From NCBI GenBank assembly GCA_030390025.1, contig CM059432.1:22818001-22882000 (forward strand): DNA of 64,000 nucleotides, given 5' to 3'. The stretch is from Squalus acanthias (lineage: Eukaryota). The position numbers and the translations under genes are program-made. Positions 1-9,761 of this stretch are shown here, piece by piece (positions within the stretch are counted from its first letter, which is position 1; each line of letters opens with the position of its first letter). Below the pieces are notes generated by a model. The model was not told where the DNA came from. It worked only from the letters and a program-made list of their open reading frames with translations, and searched no databases.

Positions 1-534
1 GCAATAAAGACCAACATGCCATTTGCCTCCCTACTTGCCATTTGCTTGCTGTACCTGCATGCTAACTCTCTCTGTTTCCTGTACGAGGACACCTAAATCT
101 CTCTGAACACCAACATCTAATAGTTTCTCACCATTTTAAAAATATTCTGTTTTTCTATTCTACCTGCCAAAGTGAATAACCTCACATTTCCCCACATTAT
201 ACTCCATCTGCCACCTTATTGCCCACTCATTTAACCTGTCTATATCCCTTTGCAGGCTCTTTGTGTTCTCCTCACAACTTACTTTCCCACCTAGATTTGA
301 ATCATCTGCATACTTGGATACATTACACTCGGTCCCTTAATCTAAGTAATTAATATAAATTATAAATAGCTGAGACCCAAGCACTGTTCCTTGCAGTACC
401 CCACTAGTTACAGCTTGTCAAGCTGAAAATGACCAGTTTATCACCACTCTCTGTTTTCTATCCATTAACCAATCCTCTACCCATGCTAATATATTACCCG
501 CAACCCCATGTGCCCTTATCTTGCATAATAATCT
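1..534 (-). mobile_element. CR1 LINE RT fragment (continues at 8971-9187)
   Basis: Closely resembles the minus-strand CR1 at 29687-31115 (the region encoding VTSGVPQGSVLGP and ISKFADDTK). It resumes at 8971 after the SINE/Tx1 insertion. Confidence 0.85.
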
Positions 535-565
535 AGTGTCAGTTGTCGCTCATTTGGTAGCACTC
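535..565 (+). mobile_element. 5' part of tRNA-derived SINE head (A box), split by the Tx1 insertion
   Basis: gtgtcagttgtcgctcatttggtagcactc matches the SINE head at ~11919 (gtgtcggcttggctcagtgatagcactctc). It continues at 8652. Confidence 0.75.
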
Positions 566-704
566 CTGAGGTGGGAGAGGCTAGGAGTGAGCAGGTGCTG
601 CTGGGTGCTTGATTGCTGCAGGGAGTTGGAATGAGTTTGTAAAAAGTTGGTAGTGGTTTTTTTTTCAGGTTTTAGGGTCTTTTTGGGCTATAAACAACGG
701 CCAC

Positions 705-2231
705 ATGGCTGCTAAGGGGCCTGGAGTGCCAGGCTCCTCAGAGGACAATGTTCCCAGGATGAATTTATTCAGGGGAGAAAATGTTGGGGGAGGGAGAATA
801 AAAGGCCCAAAGATTTGGGCCGGGACACCAGGAGATTTGGAAAAGAAAACACAGTGGTGGTTCTGTGTAAGGATAAGGAGATATGAGTTTGGGATATTAT
901 CCAAGCGATACATGAGGACTGTGGCAAGGGTAGCTGATTTGCCTGACGACCAAAGCCGAATGTTGGGTTCAAGATGACGGTCAGTGGCCGAGAGGAGGTG
1001 GAAAGACTTTTACTGAGTTTGAAGGTTGGAGATGAGTTGGAGGTATCTCTGCTATATTCTGAAGGGGTGGTGATCTCATTCTTAAACCTGCTGGTTTATA
1101 TTGAGGACGATGAGCTAATAAAAAAGTTGGAGTCGTGGGACATTAAAATTTGCTCAGCAATAAAGAGGAGATACTATCCAGGAATGAGGGTAGCAGATGG
1201 AACCTGCTATATAAAAGTGCGGTTCCCAGAAGGGGTGAAGTCATTGCCGTATAGCATGAAATTCAAGACAATGGAAGGAGTGCAGTACTTCTGGGTACTG
1301 CATGATGACCAGGTGAAGGTTTGTTATTATTGTCTTGGACACGATCATCTTGTAAGAGGCTGTCCAGACTTGTACTGTTATAACTGCAGCGAGTCTGGAC
1401 ACATCGCTTGGAGCTGCAAGGCGGAGAGCTCTGAGGTGTGTCACAAAGGCCCCGCCCACTGTGAGTGTGAGGCAGAAGGATGCCCCTTGAGAGATGAGGA
1501 GGTGGGAGAAGGAGCAGGAAGTGTGAGTGGAGTGGCCGGAGGAGCGGAGCAGGCAGAGGACACAGCTGGCGAATGGAAGGAGGAGAGCACAGGAAGAGAC
1601 AGAAAATTGTGGAGCAGAGAACAGGATGGAGATGGTGGAAAACACACCAAGTACAGTGGAAAAGGACAAATACAGCGAAGGGTAGCACGGGTCGAGGGCA
1701 GAGTCAAGCCATAATATATCTCAGCTCTTCCTAAAGAATCTGGTGTCCGCGGGGGGAGAGGAGGCAGGAGCGCGTTGTGGGGTAAATGTAAGCACTCTAA
1801 AGAAAGATGGGGAGTCAGACATCTCAGGGAGCATGAGGGGGCAAGATAAGGAGAGGGTGCAAGAAGCAGGTGCCTTAAAGGGGCAGCAGGACAGGAGCGG
1901 GGAGACAAAGACACCAGAAAGGGGCAAGATAGGTGAAGATGTGCCATTGTCCCAGAGAGAGAAGAAACGGGGAGCAAGGATCAGTGGTGGAGATGAGGCC
2001 AAAGGGAGCGGCACTGTTGGAGAAACCGTGATAGCAGGAAGACTCTCTAAGGGAGATTATGTATCGGATGGGGAGAAGGGACGGGAGGTTACAGAAGAGC
2101 TCGAGAGGGAGTCAGATGGGGGACAGAGACATGGAAGTGGGGGGTTGGGGTGGCATTGCGTGGAAAGGGAAAGGTTAGTGAGGGGCAGAAGGAGGGAGCA
2201 GGGGCAGCTCTTCGGCCCAAATCCAATGTAA
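705..2231 (+). pseudogene. Tx1 ORF1 (gag-like, CCHC zinc knuckles), frameshifted
   Basis: ORF 974-1714 contains CYYCLGHDHLVRGC, CYNCSESGHIAWSC and a VKSLPYSMKF motif, followed by a charged low-complexity tail. The frame is broken over several ORFs. Confidence 0.8.
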
Positions 2232-2400
2232 GGAAAAGGCTGAAACTGCAGGGAAGGTTCAAACAGAAGGTGAAAAAGAGCCGGAGGCTGTAGGAGAAAG
2301 CAACAGCAGCCCGAAAAGTTGGGAAGGAGCATGAGAGAAGGAAAGGGTTGAAGATTAAATGATGGGGGGATTATCAGGCACACTTCCTTTATTAGGAGCC

Positions 2401-5049
2401 ATGATTATATTGGTCTTTATTAATGTGAACGGACTGAGGGGTGAGAAGAAATTACAGCAGTTGTTGCAGTGTTTTAAAGGCACGGACTTGTTGGGCTGGA
2501 TTTTCATTGACCCGTGGAGGTTGGTTTGGAGGCATGTGGGGGGTTAAATTGCAAAAACTGGCGGGCAGGCACAAGCCCGCCTCCATCCCGCCTCCACGCA
2601 ATTTTCATTAAATTGGGTCTGCTGGTCCCGACTCCGTCCCGCCTCTAAGAGGTGGGATAGGCTGTTAAGGCCCTTAACAAGCACTAAATTGCCTCTATAA
2701 TGCCATTTTGAAAGGCCTTTGTAATTTTAACCCTTTTTCTACGTGAAGCACGCCTGTTCTGAACCACGAATGTGAAACCTGGTGGGAGCACAGCTGGCTG
2801 GCTAGCTGGCTGGCTGAGGAGGAGACATATCTGGATGGATGGATGAGGAGGAGACATATCTGGGAGTGGTGGTGCAAAAATATCTGGGAGCAGACTTAGG
2901 GCTGCTGCTATTCATTTTGCATCCAGGTCCTCTCACAGCAAAGGCCAGGCAGTCTTTGAAGACCTTCAATGCAGCAGCAATGATGACATCATCAGAGGCG
3001 ACTTTCAGACTGAAAACACTAATTGGTTCATGGGTTCCCACATGCTGGAACTCAATTGCCCAATTAGGTGAAAATCGCATCAATCTCCCACATCCAATTG
3101 CAGTCGGGTGGATAACACGAAAAGTGGATGACACGACCCCAACCCGCCCCAGTATCAAAATCCAGCCCATTGTGTCTGCAAGAAACCTTTTGGGATGAGA
3201 ATATCCTAGAAAGAGTTTGCAAGGTTTGGAAGGGAGAGGTGTTTGCAAGTTGCACAAACAAAAGCTGTAGAAGGGTGGCTGTTTTGGTGAGTCCGTCCAT
3301 AAAAGAGAACGTTGCCTTGGTGGACAAGGACACTGAGGGGAGATTTTTACGGCTAAAGGTAAAAATGGAGGAATTTAATTGCGATCTCTTTAATATCTAT
3401 GCATCGAACGACCATTGCAAGTGTCGCGAGTTTTTTGGTGGTTATTCACAGAAGTGGGAGAGGTGGAATACCCTTGTATAGTGGTGGATTTTAATGTATT
3501 TTTATCTCAGATGGACATTTCAGCCCAGATGACCTTTAAGGATGATAACTCCAGAGGGATGATTGTAAAAATGATGGCAAATTTAAATTTGAGGGACTTA
3601 TGGAGGGATCGGAACCCCATAAAAAGGAAGTTCTCCAGAAGAGGTTGGGTGGGTGATATTTTAAAACAGAGCCGAATAGATTTTGTGTTAATGTGGGAAG
3701 GGTTCAGTTCTGAGGTGATGGAGATTTATTATAAAAAGTATTTTTTAGTGACCACTTGGCTTTGGTTCTTAGAATTAGGAACAGCAGAGTTAAGATCGGT
3801 CCAGGGGTGTGGATTTTAAACAATCAATACCTGAAAGAAATTGCTTATAAAGAAGGGATTTTAAATATAATAAAGAATGCTTGGACGGAACCTTTATTCT
3901 TGAACGAAAGGAGGGTTTGGTGGGACAATTTCAAAAATGAGGTAAAAGTTCTTTTGGTACATTATGGGAGAGAGAGAGCGGCAGCTAAACGGCGTCAAGA
4001 AGAGAATATAAACAGAAGGTTTACGGATATCTGTAAAGCAGTTGACGGAGGGAATAAGGGAGCAGAGACTAAGTGGGTGGTTTTAAAGGAAGAGTGGGAA
4101 TTGTTGCAAGCTGAAAAATGCAAGGGTGCCATTCTCTGTGCAAAGGCTAAAGATGCATTGGAGGGAGAAAGATGCACTAGATATTTTCTAGAGAAAGAGA
4201 AGCTGCGACAGAGATTATCATTAAATGGAGAGTTGAAGTTTGGGGAGAAGATCATTAATGAAAGTTGGGAGATTTTGGAGACAGCTAGTAGCTTTTATCC
4301 AGACTTATATACAAAAGAAGACATTTCCAAATTGGCGATGGAGAAGGTTAATGCTTTTATTGAAGAGGGTTTAAAGGAGGATGAGAGAAGCATGTGTAAC
4401 AAAGAAGTAGGATTAGTGGAAATAAAAGTAGCAATAAGTGGAATGAAGGGCAGGGGGTGGGTAACGGGGGGGGGGGGGAGTACAATGGACTAAGTGCAGA
4501 ATTTTATAAAGGATTTTTAGTCCATTGCTCTTAGGGGTTTTTAAGGAGATTAAAATTGAGGGAAGCCTGGCCCCATCTATGAGGAGAGGTATCATAAGTT
4601 TAGCTTATAAAAATAAAGGGGATAGAAGGGATCTAAAGAATTGGAGGCCCATCACATTATTAAATGTGGATTATAAGATCTTGACAAGGGTTATGGCAAA
4701 TCGTATGAAGGAGGTGATGCCGCAGATATTTTTGCCCTCTCAGTCCTATGGAGTCATAGGCCGGACATCGCAGACTCTCTGGTATCAATCCAAGATGTGA
4801 TAGAGCTCATGGAAGAGAGTGGGAGGGAGGCTTATGTATTAAAGATAGATCAAGAGAAAGCCTTTGATAGGGTCTCTCATGAGTTTTTATTGATGGTTTT
4901 GGAAGCATTTGGTTTTGGGAAAAATTTAATTGAGTGGATAAGGATTTTTTATTCAAACATATTTACCTGTGTTAAATGTAATGGATTTTTATCCAAATAT
5001 TTTCAGATACAGAGGTCAGTGAGACAGGGTTGTCCCCTTTTCCCATTGT
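2401..5049 (+). pseudogene. Tx1 ORF2: APE endonuclease and N-terminal half of RT, disrupted
   Basis: Motifs INVNGLR, LCLQETF, NIYASN, DFN, SRIDFV, PGVWILN, KNWRPITLLNVDYKIL, DQEKAFDRVSHEFL and VRQGCPL. Split by the MITE at 2493-3168 and by frameshifts. Confidence 0.88.
2493..3168. mobile_element. PIF/Harbinger MITE family A, copy 1
   Basis: TIR GGGCTGGATTTT...AAAATCCAGCCC. Near-identical to 13911-14656 and 23107-23798. Flanks are gtt/att (imperfect 3-bp TSD). Confidence 0.88.
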
Positions 5050-7322
5050 TGAGAAGTCGCACAACACCAGGTTATAGTCCAACAGTTTTATTTGAAATCA
5101 CAAGCTTTCGGAGCGGCTGCTCCTTCGTCAGGCGAAGTAAAGGAATACAAATCGACAAAGCATATATAGATAGAGAACAATGCATGTGAAGCGTACAATG
5201 GCAGACGACTACATTTAATCCTCCTGACTGCCTTTTGTCACACCTCGGCAGATTAACAATCAGGTCAGCCAGGAAGGCACCACATCAAAGACATAGCAAG
5301 ATACAACTGAGACAATGAGGTGGGGTTACAGGGGGTCTAATGAGTCAAAAGCTGCAGTCAGTATGGAAAACGATAAACTTTAAAAAAATTACTTATTTTT
5401 ACTGGAAATCACATCTGAACAAGCCAACGATGACTCGAGTCTGGATGACTCTACGTCATGTATCGTGACATGAACCCAAGATCACGGTTGAGGCCGTCCT
5501 CATGGGTGCGGAACTTGGCTATCAGTTTCTGCTCGATGATTTTGCGTTGTCGTGTGTCTCTAAGGCCGCCTTGGAGAACGCTTACCCGCAGATCCGAGAC
5601 TGAATGTCCTTGACTGCTGAAGTGTTCCCCGACTGGGAGGTAACAATCCTGCCTGGCAATTGTTGCGCGGTGTCCGTTCATACGTTGTCTCAGTGTCTGC
5701 ATGGTCTCGCCGATGTACCATGCCGCGGTGCATTCTTTCCTGCAACGTATCAGGTAGACAACGTTGGCCGAGTCACATGAGTATGTACCATGTACCTGGT
5801 GGGTAGTGTCCTCACGTGTGATGATGGTATCTGTGTTGATGATCTGGCATGTCTTGCAGAGGTTGCCGTGGCAGGGTTGTGTGGTGTCGTGGTCACTGTT
5901 ATCCTGAAAGCTGGGTAATTTGCTGCGAACGATGGTACTTCTGAGGTTAGGTGGCTGTTTGAAGGCAAGTAGTGGAGGCGTGGGGATGGCCTTAGCGAGG
6001 TGTTCGTCGTCATCGATGACATGTTGAAGGCTGCGAAGAACATGGTGTAGTTTCTCTGCTCCGGGGAAGTACTGGACAACGTAGGGTACCCTGTTGGTTG
6101 TGTCCCGTGTTTGCCTTCTGAGGAGGTCTATGCGATTTTTCGCTGTGACCCGTCGGAACTGTCGATCGATGAGTCGAGCGTCATATCCCGTTCTTACGAG
6201 GGCGTTTTTCAGCGTCCGTAGGTGTCCATCGCGTTCCTCCTCGTCTGAGCAGATCCTGTGTATTCGCAGGGCTTAGCCATAGGGGATGGCTTCTTTAACG
6301 TGGTTAGGGTGGAAGCTGGAGAAGTGGAGCATCGTGAGGTTGTCCGTGGGCTTGCGGTAGAGTGAAGTGCTGAGGTGTCCGTCTTTGATGGAGATTCGTG
6401 TGTCCAGGAATGAAACCGATTCTGAGGAGTAGTCCATGGTGAGTTTGATGGTGGGATGGAACTTGTTGATGTTATCGTGTAGTCTTTTCAGTGATCCTTC
6501 GCCGTGGGTCCAAAGGAAGAAAATGTCGTCGATGTATCTGGTGCACAGCGTTGGCTGGAGGTCCTGTGCAGCGAAGAAGTCTTGCTCGAACTTGTGCATG
6601 AAGATGTTGGCGTATTGGGGTGCGAATTTGGTCCCCATGGCAGTTCCGTGTGTTTGGGTAAAAAACTGGTTGTCGAAGGTGAAGACTTTGTGGTCAAGGA
6701 TGAAGCGGATGAGTTGTAGGCTGGCGTCTGGAGATTGGCTGTTGTTGGTGTTGAGTACTGAGGCTGTCGCAGCGATGCCGTCATCGTGGGGGATACTGGT
6801 GTAGAGTGCCGATACGTCCATCGTGGCGAGGAGTGTTCCTGGTTCAACTGGTCCGTGGGTGCTGAGTTTCTGTAAGAAGTCTGTGGTGTCGCGGCAGAAG
6901 CTGAGGGTTCCCTGTACGATGGGTTTCAGGATGCCCTCGACGTATCCACAGACAACCTCACGATGCTCCACTTCTCCAGCTTCCACCCTAACCACGTTAA
7001 AGAAGCCATCCCCTATGGACAAGCCCTGCGAATACACAGGATCTGCTCAGACGAGGAGGAACGCGATGGACACCTACGGACGCTGAAAAACGCCCTCGTA
7101 AGAACGGGATATGACGCTCGACTCATTGATCGACAGTTCTGACGGGCCACAGCGAAAAATCGCATAGACCTCCTCAGAAGGCAAACATGGGACACAACCA
7201 ACAGGGTACCCTACGTCGTCCAGTACTTCCCCGGAGCGGAGAAACTACGCCATGTTCTTCGCAGCCTTCAACATGTCATCGATGACGACGAACACCTCGC
7301 TAAGGCCATCTCCACGCCTCCA
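5050..7322 (-). mobile_element. Penelope-like element (RT + GIY-YIG), 5'-truncated with an inverted segment at 6948-7322
   Basis: RT motifs TMDVSALYTSIPH, GTAMGTKFAPQYANIFM, RYIDDIF and SFLDT. GIY-YIG region NVVYLIRC..WYIGETMQTLRQRMNGHR, ending HEDGLNRDLGFMSRY. 6948-7322 is an inverted copy of ~5972-6346. Confidence 0.9.
5098..5135 (-). ncRNA. Minimal type-I hammerhead ribozyme motif in the Penelope 3' region
   Basis: Minus strand reads UCGC-CUGACGA-A-GGAGC-AGCC-GCUCC-GAAAGCUU-GUGA: conserved core, stem II, stem I and a palindromic AGCU in place of stem III. Confidence 0.7.
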
Positions 7323-7762
7323 CGGTCTTATGTGAGATTGGGTGAGTGGAGGTGGCAACTTGCCCAGTGTGTGGGACACGGGATGAGACTCTGTCCCATT
7401 AACTGGTGTTATGTCTGCAGTTAAAGGATTTTAAGTACTATGTTCGACAGTTGTGTGAGATTTTTTTGCTGGGTGGGGACCGAAGAGCGAGAATGGGAAT
7501 CCCGTGGGACACAATTTTGAGATGGGGATTACAGGGGAGTCTGCTTGAGTCTAGCGGAGCATCAATTAATTTAATGTTCAGTTTGGCTCGATTCGTGATT
7601 GTGCAAAGAAGGATTGCCCTTTTTTTTAAGGGGAGGAGAATAAACCTAAAAGAGTATTTTAAATATGAGCTAAAAGATCATTATAAGCCTCTGTGGATGT
7701 TTTATTCAGAAAGGAATTTAAAAATAGTGTTTTATGATCAATTATTAAAGTACAATAGATAG
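7323..7762 (+). pseudogene. Tx1 ORF2 C-terminal zinc-finger region
   Basis: Translates ATCPVCGTRDETLSH*LVLC (CX2C..H..C) followed by INLMFSLARFVIVQRR, typical of the Tx1/L1 ORF2 end. Confidence 0.7.
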
Positions 7763-7911
7763 TATATGTTATGGGAGCAAAATTAAACTTCAGGTTTTGA
7801 TGTTAATATGTGGTGGAGGAATGGCTGTGCAGAGTGGCGGAATGGATTAGTATGATACAATGGAATGATTACGATGTTGTAAATGTTTTTAATGTTCAAT
7901 AAATAATATTA

Positions 7912-8638
7912 TGGGCCAGAAATTCGGGTCAGAGGCTTCCCGCGGGCACCAGCCCCCGACCTGCACGCCTGCCGTTGTGCTGTGGGCCCACATGGGATTC
8001 CGATCCTGGGCCTCCTCCAGCTGCCGGTGTGCAGTGCTCGCGTATCTCAGCGGCGAAGCTAGTTCGCACCGTCCCCTGGGATCACGTGGTCCATGGGGAG
8101 CCAATCGGAGCAGGGAATCTCCATTCATAGATTTGACAGGAAGACCTGTCAAATCTATGAATAGAGATCGGCCCCAAAAGCTAAGTAAAACTTCAAATAA
8201 TTTTTTTTTTAAATCACATTTTTAAAATAACTATAAATTACATAAGTTAACTATTTTAAACAAAAATTTAAATTGTTGAAAAAATTAATTAAAGTTTTTC
8301 TTTAAAGTATTTAAAAATGATAAACCTGTGGAAAAAATGTTTCAATTTTACTTAATTCACCTCTTACCTTGTTAAAAGCAGGCCTTGCGCCTGCTTTTTC
8401 CACGCGCAGCTGCTAGGGACTTACTCGCATGGAGAAACCTGTAAAAAAAGCAGAAGTTCCATGTCTACGCGCTGCCTCTCCAGCGCATGCGTATGACCTG
8501 TGAACCCCTTCCTTCAAGGGAACGGAAGTTCCGGTTTCCAGTGCATGCGCAGTGCATGCACGAAACCGGCACTTTTGTTGGCCTTACGGGTGAGTACACA
8601 GCGCGTACTCACCCGTGGGGACCCGAATTTCTGGGCCA
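7912..8638. mobile_element. PIF/Harbinger MITE (family C) inserted just before the Tx1 A-tail
   Basis: 19-bp TIR TGGGCCAGAAATTCGGGTC / GACCCGAATTTCTGGGCCA (1 mismatch), TTA on both sides, AT-rich core. Confidence 0.85.
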
Positions 8639-8648
8639 TTAAAAAAAA

Positions 8649-8970
8649 GTAGGTAGCACTCTCGCTTCTGAGTCAGAAGGCTGTGGGTTCAAGGTGGATG
8701 TAAAAGATCCCATAGCGCTATTTCGAAGAAGAGCAGGGGAGTTATCCCCAGTATCCTGGCCAATATTTATCCCTCAATCAACATAACAAAAACAGATTAT
8801 CTGGTCATTATCACATTGCTGTTTGTGGGAGCTTGCTGTGCATAAATTGGCTGCCGCGTTTCCCACATTACAATAGTGACTGCACTCCAAAAGTACTTCA
8901 TTGGTTATAAATCGTTTTGAGACATCCGGTGGTCATGAAAGGCGCTTTATAAATGCAAGTCTTTCTTTTA
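8649..8970 (+). mobile_element. tRNA-derived SINE (remainder), Deu-domain-like with L2-type tail
   Basis: B-box-like gggttcaag, body gtggatgtaaaagatcccat...gttatcccc...ggccaatatttatccctc, tail aggcgctttataaatgcaagtc. A related minus-strand copy lies at 61270-61660. Confidence 0.75.
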
Positions 8971-9187
8971 TCCTTTTATGTGGTACCTTATTAAATTCCT
9001 TTTGGAAACCCAAATATACTGCCTCCACTGGTTCCCCTTTATCTACCCTGCTAGCTACATCCCCAAAAAACTCTAATAAATTTGTTAAACATGATTTCCC
9101 TTTCATAAAACCATGTTGGTTCTGCCTGATCGTATTATGATTTTCGAAGTGCCCTGTTACAACTTCCTTAATAATGGATTCCAGCAG
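8971..9187 (-). mobile_element. CR1 LINE fragment, continuation of 1-534
   Basis: Resembles the QHGFMKGKSCLTNLLEFF-coding region and joins colinearly with 1-534. Confidence 0.8.
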
Positions 9188-9761
9188 CTAAGTGGGTGCG
9201 AGGAGTGATGTGATGGGGTAAGCTTGAGACGACAGAGTGAGGGGTTGCAGTTATGCGCACAGCAGGATGCAGCCACTGTACGCACCTTTCCTGACTGGCT
9301 TAGGTCATTAAACTGCGTTCTGCACTGAATCCAGGAGCGTAGCACCTCTGCAACCTCCAACCACAGCTTCTTAGTCTCAGCTGCAGGCTTCTTCCTCCCG
9401 TTGCTAGGGAAGAGTGTCTTTCTTCTACTTCTCACAGCCCCCAGCAGCACATCCATAGAGGCATCCGTGAAACGGGTCGCAACCTTTGCCCATCTGGACT
9501 CCATTCTGACAGCCAACTCCAACTCCTTCAACTTGCATGTTTGGATTTTTCCTTTAAGTACTGGAGTTGAGATCGTGTCATGTGGGCCTACATCACGCCC
9601 CGCTGCTGCTGATTGGACGGGAAACCCGCAAGTAAAATGATAAGGAGGTGGCTGAGTTAGAAAGCCACTGACAGACGCGCTGCACTTACTTCCGGGTTTC
9701 CCGTGCACTATCGGACCCCCACCACCCCGTCCCAGCGTGGCGCAAACTTAAAATTGGGGCC
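9188..9761 (-). mobile_element. Harbinger fragment with Myb/SANT exon 1 and terminus
   Basis: Translates MESRWAKVATRFTDASMDVLLGAVRSRRKTLFP..WLEVAEV..RSWIQCRTQFNDL, homologous to exon 1 at 20691-20927. Confidence 0.75.

Larger units (their letters stand above)
566..8648 (+). mobile_element. Tx1-clade (L1 group) non-LTR retrotransposon, both termini present but decayed, with nested insertions
   Basis: Zinc-knuckle ORF1, APE+RT ORF2, C-terminal CCHC, AATAAA near 7898 and A-tail at 8641-8648. Flanked by the GGTAGCACTC duplication (556-565 and 8652-8661). Confidence 0.85.
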
